NCBI GenBank assembly: GCA_041687455.1
Contig: JAWLBY010000003.1
Coordinates: 221,823-285,822, forward strand
Length of the DNA stretch: 64,000 nucleotides
Origin: Lysobacteraceae bacterium
Lineage (GTDB): Bacteria; Pseudomonadota; Gammaproteobacteria; Xanthomonadales; Xanthomonadaceae
Reading direction: 5' to 3'
Below, piece by piece: positions 27,218 to 36,106 of this stretch (position 1 is the stretch's first letter; each line of letters begins with the position of its first letter). The notes under the pieces are model-generated. The model was not told where the DNA came from, did no database searches, and worked only from the letters and a program-made list of their open reading frames with translations. The position numbers were made by a program, and so were the translations under genes.

Positions 27218-28351
27218 TCACGGCGCGAGCAGCGTGCGCGAGTCGACCAGCTCGGTCCACGGCTGCGCACGGATCGCGGCTTCGATGAACGGGCGATGCG
27301 CGCCGCCGATCACCAGCATGACCCGCGCCCCATCCGGCTGCGCCATCGCGCGAAACAGATGCGTGACGATTTCGGCATTTCTGGCATGCCACAGCATCAG
27401 GCGGCGCTTGCCGGCGTCGTGCCCGGTGCCACGAGCGAAGATCGTCCACTGGGCTGCGGCATCCTTGGTGGCGAACTCCGGGATGTTGTGCCAAAGCAGC
27501 AGGTCGACCAGAGCGCCGGGCTTGCTCGGCGTCCACTGGCTGGCGGATTCCTGCTGGAGTGCGTTGAAAGCATCCATGATGCCGGGCTGCTGCAGCAACG
27601 GCATCAGGCCGTCGGCGAGTGTCTGCACTGCCGCCTCGTCGACGAACGCGTCGACCGCGCAGAGTTGCCGGTGACCATGCCGGCGCGCCAGCGGAATCGC
27701 CAGGCTGCTGATCTCGTTGATCGACGATTCCAGTTGCTCGAGCCGCTGCACCGCCACCTTGCCGAGGCGGCCATTGCCGCCTTCGCGTTCACCGGCGTCG
27801 AGGTATGTCCAGTTCAGCACGGCCGACCACGGCTCGTAGGCAGCGATCTGCAGGCCGATCAATCGCAAGCGGGCCTTGCTGTCCAGTGTTTCGGAAGCAA
27901 CGAGCGTGCGCGCCTCGTCGCGCGCGGCGGCGGCTGACATCTGCAGGCGGATCTGCTGCTCGCCGGCAAGCCGGACCGCATCGATCGAGAACGTCTGCAA
28001 CAGCTCGCCATGGCGTGCCGGATCGCGCAAGAACGCTTCGACGCGCTCGCCGGGCATCGCCTCGACGCAGACCAGCGATGGCTCGAAGCGTGCAAGCCGC
28101 TCGATCGCCGCATTGCGGTGCGCTGCGGTCGGCTCCGGGTCGAGCGCGGAAAAGTGCGGGACGCCGACCACGCTCACGGTTGACGCGCATGCGACGCCGG
28201 AGGCGAGCAACGCGAGCGGGGTGATGATACGGACAGACCAGGACGGCCGGCTGCGGGAGATGGTGCGGTTCGGCACTGCGGCATTACCTGAATGGTGGAA
28301 AGGGCGGCAGCGTAGCCAGCCCCGGCAGGCGGCGGACGTGACATTGGTCAT
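27218..28351 (-). CDS. Second DUF5694/TraB-like (Tiki superfamily) protein
   Basis: Motifs VSVVGVPHFS, VCVEAMP, LMLWHARNAEI and VIGGAHRPFIE are in the same order as in the 25068..25880 protein. Start is uncertain (ATG 28351, or an internal GTG before the hydrophobic IITPLALLASGVACA). Confidence 0.6.
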   Translation of the reverse strand: MTNVTSAACRGWLRCRPFHHSGNAAVPNRTISRSRPSWSVRIITPLALLASGVACASTVSVVGVPHFSALDPEPTAAHRNAAIERLARFEPSLVCVEAMPGERVEAFLRDPARHGELLQTFSIDAVRLAGEQQIRLQMSAAAARDEARTLVASETLDSKARLRLIGLQIAAYEPWSAVLNWTYLDAGEREGGNGRLGKVAVQRLEQLESSINEISSLAIPLARRHGHRQLCAVDAFVDEAAVQTLADGLMPLLQQPGIMDAFNALQQESASQWTPSKPGALVDLLLWHNIPEFATKDAAAQWTIFARGTGHDAGKRRLMLWHARNAEIVTHLFRAMAQPDGARVMLVIGGAHRPFIEAAIRAQPWTELVDSRTLLAP

Positions 28352-28511
28352 GATCGGAACGCGCAGCCGCCATCGCGCCGACGTCGCTGCGCGCCCCGGG
28401 CACATGTCGTTCGCGATCACCAGGGTGCGATCGGCATCTCTGCGGGTGGCCGGAACGCGTCGGAACACGGCAAGCCGAGGGCGCCCGACCCAGCGACGGA
28501 GGCGTCGCGCT

Positions 28512-29135
28512 TCAACGCACCCGATCGAGCGCGACCCGGACCCCGAGGCCGATCAGGCAGGCACCGGCCGCCTGCTGGATCCGCTCGAATGCGCGAGCAC
28601 GCGCCTGCAGCAGTTCGCGAGTGCGGGCGCCGAGCAGCGCCGTGACGAGGTTGACCGCCGTCCCGGACGTCACCGAGACGAGCCCGAGCAGCAGCGCCTG
28701 CAGTTCCGGCCGGCCATTTTCCGGCACCACGAACTGCGGAAGGATGGCGACGAAGAACAGCGCGATCTTCGGATTCAGCAGGTTCGACAGTGCGCCCTGC
28801 GCGAACGGCGAACGCAGGCCGGTCGGCGCCGGCAGCGAGTTCGGCGATGCAGGATGGCGCAGCATCTGGACGCCGAGCCAGATCAGGTACGCAGCGCCGC
28901 AGGCCTTGACCAGCACGAACAGCGTCGGCACCGCGAGCAGCACGGCGCCAAGGCCGAGCGTCGCGCAGGCGACATGGAACAGCGCGCCGCTCGCGATGCC
29001 GAGGCATACCAGCACGCCGGCTCGCGCACCGCGAGCGATCGCGTTGCCGAGGATGCAGAACACATCCGGCCCCGGAATCAGCGCGAAGCTCATGTTGAGC
29101 AGCGTGAATGCGAGCAGAGTGTGCCAGTCGATCAT
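28512..29135 (-). CDS. LysE/RhtB family amino-acid exporter
   Basis: Start MIDWHTLLAFTLLNMSFALIPGPDVF (LysE signature). About 6 TM helices, 207 aa. Confidence 0.85.
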   Translation of the reverse strand: MIDWHTLLAFTLLNMSFALIPGPDVFCILGNAIARGARAGVLVCLGIASGALFHVACATLGLGAVLLAVPTLFVLVKACGAAYLIWLGVQMLRHPASPNSLPAPTGLRSPFAQGALSNLLNPKIALFFVAILPQFVVPENGRPELQALLLGLVSVTSGTAVNLVTALLGARTRELLQARARAFERIQQAAGACLIGLGVRVALDRVR

Positions 29136-29252
29136 CGTCGCGCGTCGTGCAGGAGCGGGGACTGCACGATTCTCGATCCGGGCCGCTGGTTCGGCAAGGG
29201 GAGGCGGCACTTCGCCGGTGGGCCGATGACTGACCGGATTGGGCGCATCGGA

Positions 29253-29281
29253 CCGTGAGCGGGTGCTTGACCCGCTCACGG
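29253..29281. promoter_or_regulatory. 11 bp-arm palindrome enclosing a TTGACC hexamer, upstream of the SRPBCC-MerR operon (candidate MerR-type operator)
   Basis: CCGTGAGCGGG-TGCTTGA-CCCGCTCACGG, followed by a third CACGG copy (CTTCACGG). It lies 46 bp upstream of the GTG at 29327. Confidence 0.35.
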
Positions 29282-29326
29282 CTTCACGGTTGATGCTGTT
29301 CGCCCCGAATCGATGGAGTCGCACCC

Positions 29327-29794
29327 GTGCCCGATCCGACACGCGCCGTGCAGATGGCACATGAATGGGAACAGCAGATCATCGCGCCGCCGTCCGAAGT
29401 GTTTCCGCTGCTCTGTCCCGAGCGTGAGAAGGAGTGGTTGCCGGGCTGGCAGGCAAGGATGATCCACTCGCGCTCCGGCGTTGCGGAACCGGGTGCCATC
29501 TTCGCGACACCGCACCCGGCAGGCGAGGCGACCTGGCTCGTCGTCGATCATCGGCCCTGCAGCCACGTTCGGTTCGTCCGCTTCGAACCGGACGGCATGC
29601 TGGTCGACATTTCGATCGATCTGGACGGTAATGCTGCAGGCGGATCGACAGTGCGGATCCGCTATCTTTTCACTGCAACCGCGGCGACCGGCGTGCCGGC
29701 CGTGCAGGCACGCACCGATGCCGCGTGGCGGGAGATGATGATCGAATGGCAGGATCGAATGAACGCCTACCTGCGCGCGCACGCTACCCGCTGA
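29327..29794 (+). CDS. SRPBCC (START/Bet v1-like) family protein
   Basis: 155 aa, GTG start after GGAG. W/E-rich pattern EWEQQIIAPPSEVFPLL..EWLPGW.. and size are typical of the SRPBCC fold. Assignment rests on overall pattern only. Confidence 0.6.
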   Translation: MPDPTRAVQMAHEWEQQIIAPPSEVFPLLCPEREKEWLPGWQARMIHSRSGVAEPGAIFATPHPAGEATWLVVDHRPCSHVRFVRFEPDGMLVDISIDLDGNAAGGSTVRIRYLFTATAATGVPAVQARTDAAWREMMIEWQDRMNAYLRAHATR

Positions 29795-30402
29795 CGATCA
29801 GCGCGCTGGCATGCTGCTTCGGCCTGTCGCGCAGCACGCTGCTGTACTACCACCGGATCGGGTTGCTGCGGCCGTCGGCGAAGTCGCCGGCGGGCTACCG
29901 GTTGTATGCGCCGGTCGATGGCGAACGCCTGGCGCGCATCGTCGAATTGCGCGCCGCTGGACTTTCGCTGGCAGCGATTCGCCACGTGCTCGGCGGGCGC
30001 GCCGAACTCGCCGCAGCGCTGGCGCTGCGGGTCGGCGAGATCGACGCGCAGGTGGCAGCGCTCGGCGCCCAGCGGGATGTGCTCGCGGCGATGCTGGACG
30101 GCACCGGCGAGGGCGGCCACGAACTGCCGATGAGCAAGGAAGCATGGTCGGCGATGTTCCGTGCGATCGGGCTCGACGATGCGGCGATGCATCGCTGGCA
30201 CGCAGAATTCGAGCGCAGCATGCCGCAGGCGCATGCCGCCTTCCTGCGGTCGCTCGGGCTTGGCCACCGCGACGTGGCGCGGATCCGCAGGCGCTGCCGA
30301 AGCGCGGAACCGGACGAGCCAGCCGCGGGCCGGCGCGCGCGCCGGGGCGGCGCCGCGCCGTTGGAGCCCGACGTGTCTGGCCGGGTCACTCGTCGTCGCT
30401 AG
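29746..30402 (+). CDS. MerR family transcriptional regulator
   Basis: HTH LTISALACCFGLSRSTLLYYHRIGLL..GYRLY, followed by a coiled-coil. ATG 29746 (or GTG 29725) overlaps the 3' end of the SRPBCC gene. Confidence 0.8.
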   Translation: MAGSNERLPARARYPLTISALACCFGLSRSTLLYYHRIGLLRPSAKSPAGYRLYAPVDGERLARIVELRAAGLSLAAIRHVLGGRAELAAALALRVGEIDAQVAALGAQRDVLAAMLDGTGEGGHELPMSKEAWSAMFRAIGLDDAAMHRWHAEFERSMPQAHAAFLRSLGLGHRDVARIRRRCRSAEPDEPAAGRRARRGGAAPLEPDVSGRVTRRR

Positions 30403-30805
30403 CGGCGATCGCGGTCTGTTCCCGGGCGAGCTGGTGCACGCGCGCCATCGCGTCGTCGATCGCGCGCCGGATGCAGACGTCGGTGCGCGGCCTTGCGTCC
30501 GGATACAGCCCGGACAGCTCTTCGCAGACCTGTCTGGCAGCGTCAGCGACACGTACTTCCATTTCGAGCAGGTCGGCGGTCCGCCGCAGGTCGAGATCGC
30601 CGTGGCGCACGTAGGCCTTCTGCTCGGCGACCCAGGCGCTGCGGCCGCGATCGCGCTTGTGCACCATGCGTGGCGCGACGACGGTGATCCTGTCCAGATC
30701 GACCGGCTGCGCACCGGTCTGCGCGCGGGCAGGCGAGCTCGCGGTGGTGAAGGCGATCAGCAGGACGGCCGCCGTCGTGCCGATCGCCAGAGGCATTGCG
30801 CTCAT
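30386..30805 (-). CDS. UrcA family protein (copy 1)
   Basis: Signal peptide MSAMPLAIGTTAAVLLIAFTTASSPARA. Conserved DLDRITVVAPR...V.HGDLDL.RTADL..LE.RV..AA..VC.EL..LYPD....CI.RAIDDAM. Clear paralog of 40066..40491. Confidence 0.75.
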   Translation of the reverse strand: MSAMPLAIGTTAAVLLIAFTTASSPARAQTGAQPVDLDRITVVAPRMVHKRDRGRSAWVAEQKAYVRHGDLDLRRTADLLEMEVRVADAARQVCEELSGLYPDARPRTDVCIRRAIDDAMARVHQLAREQTAIAASDDE

Positions 30806-31036
30806 GTCGCGTCTCCTGATGGTCCATGCTCGAGGCCGCTTCGCGGCGGGCGGCGGCCATGTCCACGCTAGCGCCGATGCCGCACGGTCGCGTGGCCGCA
30901 ATCGACCGGCGTTGGCCAGCGTTCCGCATCGAGCATGGGGGCGTTCACGCAGTGCGCGGTCGCGTTCGCCCGCAGATCGGGCGCGACCGGGACATGCGCA
31001 TGCGATCGGTCACTTCCGGCGGCATGGCGTTCGGCG

Positions 31037-31666
31037 TCAGTGGGTGGCCGAGAGTCTCGCGGCGTCGGCGTCGTCGAGCTGGTTCGCGCGGATCGCGGCA
31101 GGGCGTGCGGCGAGGCGCTGCCAGTAGCGATCGAACGCCTCGCGGTGCGCGACGATGCCGAACTGCATGCCGAAGCCGAGCTGACTGCCGACGTAGACAT
31201 CGGCGGCCGTGAAGCGCTCGCCGGCGACGAATTCGCGGCTGCCCAGCGCCGCCTCCAGCATATCGAGCACGTCTTCCAGCCGGCCGCAGCCGGCTCGGCG
31301 ATGCTGCTCGTCGCTCAGTTCGATGCCGAACGATTTCATTGTCCAGGCCATTTCCAGCGGTCCGGCAGCGACGAACAGCCAGCGGTAGTAGTCGGCGCGT
31401 CGATCGGTCGGCGGTGCGAGTGCGGCAGCCGGGAACGCGTCCGCCAGATAGGCGCAGATCGCCGCGGTTTCGGTGATGACATGGCCGGCGTGGCGCAACG
31501 CCGGCACCTTGCCGAGCGGATTGATCGCTCGGTATTCGGCGCCTTTCATTGCATCGCCGTAGGCGACGATCTCGACCCGATACGGAACGCCGACCTCTTC
31601 CAGCATCCAGCGCGCGATGCGTCCGCGCGACCAGGGATTGGTATGGAGCACGGGCACGTCGGGCAT
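31037..31666 (-). CDS. Glutathione S-transferase family protein
   Basis: N-terminal thioredoxin-like part (LHTNPWSRGRIARWMLEEVGVPYRVEIV..GKVPAL) and C-terminal helical GST domain. 209 aa. Confidence 0.8.
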   Translation of the reverse strand: MPDVPVLHTNPWSRGRIARWMLEEVGVPYRVEIVAYGDAMKGAEYRAINPLGKVPALRHAGHVITETAAICAYLADAFPAAALAPPTDRRADYYRWLFVAAGPLEMAWTMKSFGIELSDEQHRRAGCGRLEDVLDMLEAALGSREFVAGERFTAADVYVGSQLGFGMQFGIVAHREAFDRYWQRLAARPAAIRANQLDDADAARLSATH

Positions 31667-31824
31667 CGGCGGGACTCCTGCGGGCGGGAAGGATCGAGTG
31701 TACGTCCGAGCGTCATGAAACATGCTGCGACGATGTCACCCTGAGCGGATCGCGTCGATGGCTTCGCGCACCCGTTCGCTCGCGTCGCCCGCGTCGCATC
31801 CGCTCTGATCCCGATCGCGTCGAG

Positions 31825-32382
31825 TCAGTTTCCTTCGGTCTGCGACAGATACAGGTAGGCCAGCAACTGCTTGCCGTGCGGATGGCCGGTCAGCCAGCCA
31901 CGGATCTCGCGGGCGCGTTCGTAATCGGCGCCGAGGGTGTCGCGCCAGCGGCTCTCGGCGCGCTGGCGCGCTGCGTCGCTGCGCAGCCGGTGTTGCCATG
32001 GGCGGGTGAACACGGCGGCAAGCTGCGTACTGAGCGCGAAGCGGCCGAGCAGTTCCCACTCGCCGTGATCGAGCCAGATTTCGTCGCAGTGCGAGCACAG
32101 GTCGATCTGGTTGCTGGCTTCGTTGCTGAAGCGGTACTTGGTCATGAATCCGCTGCACTTCGGGCAGCGCAGCGCGCTCTGCGTGTCGCTGACCTCGGCC
32201 GCAGTCGCCGGCTCGGCAGGCGCGCTATCGATCGCGCCGTCGGTGCGGTCGCGCCAGTCGCGATAGATGACCAGCGACAACAGCGCGCCGCCGCAGCCGC
32301 TGCAGCCGAGCGCAGGCAGGTCGGCGCCATCGAGCAGGATCGGGGCCAGGGTCTGGTCGGAACAACTCGGGCAACGGCTCAT
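31825..32382 (-). CDS. Zinc-ribbon (zf-TFIIB-like) domain protein
   Basis: Two CxxC pairs twice: CPSC..CSGCGG and CPKC..CSHCDEIWLDHGE. 185 aa from ATG 32382. Confidence 0.6.
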   Translation of the reverse strand: MSRCPSCSDQTLAPILLDGADLPALGCSGCGGALLSLVIYRDWRDRTDGAIDSAPAEPATAAEVSDTQSALRCPKCSGFMTKYRFSNEASNQIDLCSHCDEIWLDHGEWELLGRFALSTQLAAVFTRPWQHRLRSDAARQRAESRWRDTLGADYERAREIRGWLTGHPHGKQLLAYLYLSQTEGN

Positions 32383-32576
32383 GCGGTGGGTCCGGAACGA
32401 ACAGAGCCGACATTCTGCATCAGCGGAAGGCGCGCGAGGGCTCTGGGTCAGCCGGAAGGCGGTCGTTCCGACGCGGCCGTGTGCCGGTTCGGCGTCGGCC
32501 ATGACTTCCTGCACGGGGCCGGGCCGGCGGTCGTGGCATCGGATATGGCTCGACTTCCGGCCCCAGGTTCGTTGCC

Positions 32577-33110
32577 ATGCCCATTCGCCACCGTGCGTTG
32601 TCCGCCATGCTGTTGACCGCTTCCTGCGCCGTCGCGGCCGCCGATGCCACCCGCGAGCATTTCGCGCCGCCCGGCACCGAGGCGAGCTATCACCTGTATC
32701 ACTACACGCCGGCAATCCGGGTCGGCGACATGGTCATCGTCTCGGGCATTCCGGCCGCGCATGGCGACAGCTACGAGGACAAGGTGCGCTGGATGTTCGA
32801 TCAGCTCCGGGTCACGCTCGAACTGGCAGGGGCAACGATGGCCGACGTCGTCGAGCTGACCAGCTACCACGCACAGGCTGCCGATACCGCGGCATTCCAC
32901 GAGGAATTCGCCCGCTTCGCACCGATTCATCACGAGTTCTTTCCGTCGCATTACCCGGCATGGAGCGCGGTCGGCACCACGGCGCTGCTGTCGCCCGGAG
33001 CGCCGGTCGAATTGCGTGCGGTCGCAATGATCGGATCGGGTCGGCAGCCGCGGGCGGACATTCCGCAGCCGCAGCCACGCCCGCGGACGGACGACCGCGG
33101 GGCCGAGTGA
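32577..33110 (+). CDS. RidA/YjgF family protein with N-terminal signal peptide
   Basis: Signal-like MPIRHRALSAMLLTASCAVAAA. RidA-like core VGDMVIVSG....L...GATMADVVELTSY....PAWSAVG...L..GAPVELRAVA. Confidence 0.7.
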   Translation: MPIRHRALSAMLLTASCAVAAADATREHFAPPGTEASYHLYHYTPAIRVGDMVIVSGIPAAHGDSYEDKVRWMFDQLRVTLELAGATMADVVELTSYHAQAADTAAFHEEFARFAPIHHEFFPSHYPAWSAVGTTALLSPGAPVELRAVAMIGSGRQPRADIPQPQPRPRTDDRGAE

Positions 33111-33273
33111 GAGCGCATGAAGGAGGGCAGGGCTGGAACCAGCCGTGTCCGCGGACGCCCGCGCGGACGTCCGGACCGTGTCGCTGGCGGTCGGCACTCG
33201 GCGATTGCCCCGGTTTCCCCTGATGGCATGTTCCGTGCTTTTCCATCATCACACCACGCACGGAGGGGGTTAC

Positions 33274-34338
33274 ATGTCGAACGGGTATCACTGCGGCGTA
33301 CTGTTTGCAGCGTTGGCGGTATCGTCATTCGGGGTTTGTTCGCAGCATGCGCTGGCGAGCGGGCTGTCCGCTTCCGATCGGCCGCAGGTGATCGAAGCGA
33401 TTGTCGAAGGACTGTCGAAGGACTACGTGTTTCCGGAGATGGTCCCGCCGATTGCCGAAGCGCTGCGGAAAGGGCTCGCAGCCGGACGTTACGATCAGGA
33501 TGAGCTGGGGGCATTTGCCGATGCCGTAACGGCCGATCTGCGTGCTGCAGGCCGTGATCGACACCTTCGGCTCCGGGTTGCACCGCAAGGTCCGGCGGCC
33601 GACGTGCCTGCTGTGCGCGAGCCGCCTGACATGGACCGGATGCGCATGTTCGGCGCCGGAAGCAACTTCGGCATGAGCCGGCTCGAAGTGCTGCCGGGCA
33701 ACGTCGGTGTGCTGGAAGTCTCCGGTTTCCACCCGGTCGAGTTCGCGGCCCAGCGAATTTCCGACGCGATGGCGTTTCTTGCGGATACCGACGCGCTGAT
33801 CATCGATCTTCGGCGGAATGGCGGCGGCGCGCCAGAGACGGTCGCGTTTCTGGCAACGTACTTCTTTCCCGAGGTTCCGCGCGTCACGTTGATCGAACTG
33901 AGGGATCGGGATGGCCGCGTCAAGGAGGCGATCACCACGGCACCTATGGTGCCTGGGCGACGCTATCTGGGCCGCCCGGTTTATGTGCTGACCAGCAAGA
34001 AAACTGTTTCCGCCGGTGAGGAATTCGCCTACGACCTGCAGGCTCACGGTTTGGCGGTGGTAGTCGGCGAAGTCACCGCCGGTGGCGCCAATCCTGGCGC
34101 GGATCAGCGGGTGCATCCGCAGTTCAAATTGTTCGTGCCGACCATGCAGGCGATCAGTCCGAAGACTCAAGGCAACTGGGAGCAGGTCGGCGTTACGCCC
34201 GATGCGGAAGTGCCGGCAGTTTCGGCACTGGCCGAGGCGCATCGGCGGGCGATCGATCGGTTGCTCGAATCGATCGACTATCCACCGCGGCGTGCAGCGC
34301 TCGAACAGGCGAAGTCGACGCTGGCGTCCGGCGACTGA
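33274..34338 (+). CDS. S41 family peptidase (second copy), exported
   Basis: ATG after GGAGGG. Signal peptide. Motifs LIIDLRRNGGG and TVSAGEEFAYDL. Confidence 0.8.
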   Translation: MSNGYHCGVLFAALAVSSFGVCSQHALASGLSASDRPQVIEAIVEGLSKDYVFPEMVPPIAEALRKGLAAGRYDQDELGAFADAVTADLRAAGRDRHLRLRVAPQGPAADVPAVREPPDMDRMRMFGAGSNFGMSRLEVLPGNVGVLEVSGFHPVEFAAQRISDAMAFLADTDALIIDLRRNGGGAPETVAFLATYFFPEVPRVTLIELRDRDGRVKEAITTAPMVPGRRYLGRPVYVLTSKKTVSAGEEFAYDLQAHGLAVVVGEVTAGGANPGADQRVHPQFKLFVPTMQAISPKTQGNWEQVGVTPDAEVPAVSALAEAHRRAIDRLLESIDYPPRRAALEQAKSTLASGD

Positions 34339-34365
34339 CGGCGTCACCGCCTTCCGCGAGCGTGG

Positions 34366-35469
34366 TTAGCTGGCACTGCCGCGAGCGGACAGAAACGGCT
34401 GCAGGTGCTGGCGGCCGATCCCGTCCGGCATCTGCTGCGGATCGAGCAGCCCGAATTCGCCGGGCCAGCGACCATCGCGCGGCAACCGATGCGTGCCGAG
34501 CAGGCGATCCACCAGCGGCAGGTGGATCGCGTAGTTCGCGTCGGCGTAGTCGGGATCGCGGGCGTGGTGCCAGTGGTGATAGCGCGGCAGCACCAGCACA
34601 TGCTCGAGCCAGCCGAAGTGCAGGCCGAGGTTGGCGTGGGCCAGCACCGCCTGCAGCCCGACCAGGATCACGTAGGCGTTGATGACCGGCTGCGGGAAGC
34701 CGAGCGCCAGCAACGGCAGCAGCACCAGCGTGCGGGTCGCGACGATCTCGAGCAGGTGCATCCGTGAGCCGGCCAGCCAGTCCATGTGCCGGACCGAGTG
34801 ATGCACGGCATGGAATCGCCACAGCAACGGCACCCGATGGTAGGCGCGATGCAACAGCGCCTGCGCCAGATCCGCGACCAGCACGGCCAGCGGGAGTGCG
34901 ACCGGCATCGGCAGCGCGCCGATCCATTGCTGCAGCGGCGGCCACGCGACCAGCGCGGCGAGCGTCCGGCTCGAAGTGGTGATCGTGATCAGCAGGAACT
35001 GGATGCCGACGTGGCCGACGAAGAAATAGGCCAGGTCGGTGCGCCACTCGGGCCGCAGCGGCGACTGCTCGCGTTGGCCGAGCATGCGCTCGATCGGCAC
35101 GAACACCAGTGCGGAGAAGAACAGCGACAGCACGAACCAGTCGAGACCGAGCGACCACGGCGTCGACTCGATCGGTCCGAACGGCACCGTGCTGCCGCCG
35201 CCGAGCACGGCCAGCGTCGAAAGGCCGACGCCGGTCACTGCGGTGCGTCGGGCAGCGCCGCGCAGCACCGCCACCGTGCCGCTGATGAAACCGGCGGTCA
35301 GCCCGAGCGCCAGCAGGTGACGGACGAACGATTCGCTGTAGACGGCGCGGAACTCGGCACTGGTCAGCAGCGCCGGAAAATGGAAACACAGCACGGCGAG
35401 CACGGCGAGCGCACCGAGCGTGAGGCTGACTCCGGCCAGCCAGCGGTCCAGCAGGGGCGACTTCGACAT
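34366..35469 (-). CDS. Sterol desaturase / fatty acid hydroxylase family membrane protein
   Basis: His boxes HRAYH, HAVHHS and HHWHH after a multi-TM N-terminal region. Start MSKSPLLDRW (ATG 35469). The remainder of track ORF 34366..36342 is antisense artefact. Confidence 0.8.
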   Translation of the reverse strand: MSKSPLLDRWLAGVSLTLGALAVLAVLCFHFPALLTSAEFRAVYSESFVRHLLALGLTAGFISGTVAVLRGAARRTAVTGVGLSTLAVLGGGSTVPFGPIESTPWSLGLDWFVLSLFFSALVFVPIERMLGQREQSPLRPEWRTDLAYFFVGHVGIQFLLITITTSSRTLAALVAWPPLQQWIGALPMPVALPLAVLVADLAQALLHRAYHRVPLLWRFHAVHHSVRHMDWLAGSRMHLLEIVATRTLVLLPLLALGFPQPVINAYVILVGLQAVLAHANLGLHFGWLEHVLVLPRYHHWHHARDPDYADANYAIHLPLVDRLLGTHRLPRDGRWPGEFGLLDPQQMPDGIGRQHLQPFLSARGSAS

Positions 35470-35667
35470 GGAGCAAGTTCGCTGCAATGGCCGAATGGGT
35501 CGATTGTCGCCGACGACGCCCGCGGACGCCCCACGTGACATCGTGCACATCTGCGGGACCGGTCGCGGCACCGGATTGAACCGGCGATACGACGACACGG
35601 CCGACACATTGAAAGCGTGCCGCGCTTCGGTCACTGTCTGCAGCGACATCGTTGCCGGAGCTGCGTC

Positions 35668-36054
35668 ATGCCCATTCGTATCGTCCAACTCGGCACGCCG
35701 CGCTGCGAAGGCGAGGGCCTGCGGCTCGGTACGGTGCGGCGACCGCCGCGCGGCGTGCCGAAGGCCGACCATGCCCGCCGCGATTTCTACGACCTGTGGC
35801 TGCCGTTGCTGTCGCCGAGCGCGGAGCTGATGGCGCAGGGCCGGGCGGCGAGCGATCCGAAGGCCTGGGCAGTGTTCGAACGCCGTTTCCGCGGCGAGAT
35901 GAAATCGCCGGAGGCGAGCCAGATGCTCGACCTGATCGCCGCGATGTCGCACCAGACCGCCCTGGCGATCGGCTGCTATTGCGAGGACGAGCGGCACTGC
36001 CATCGCTCGATCCTGCGCGCGCTGCTCGAAGAGCGCGGTGCCTCGGTGATCTGA
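35668..36054 (+). CDS. DUF488 family protein
   Basis: MPIRIVQLGTPR..GLRLGTVRRPPRGV..DLWLPLLSPS...CYCEDERHCHRS is characteristic of DUF488/YeaO-like proteins. Confidence 0.75.
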   Translation: MPIRIVQLGTPRCEGEGLRLGTVRRPPRGVPKADHARRDFYDLWLPLLSPSAELMAQGRAASDPKAWAVFERRFRGEMKSPEASQMLDLIAAMSHQTALAIGCYCEDERHCHRSILRALLEERGASVI

Positions 36055-36106
36055 GACCGGGCCCGGACGACGTTCGATCCGTCGGTGGGTCCGAGCGACG
36101 GATCGG

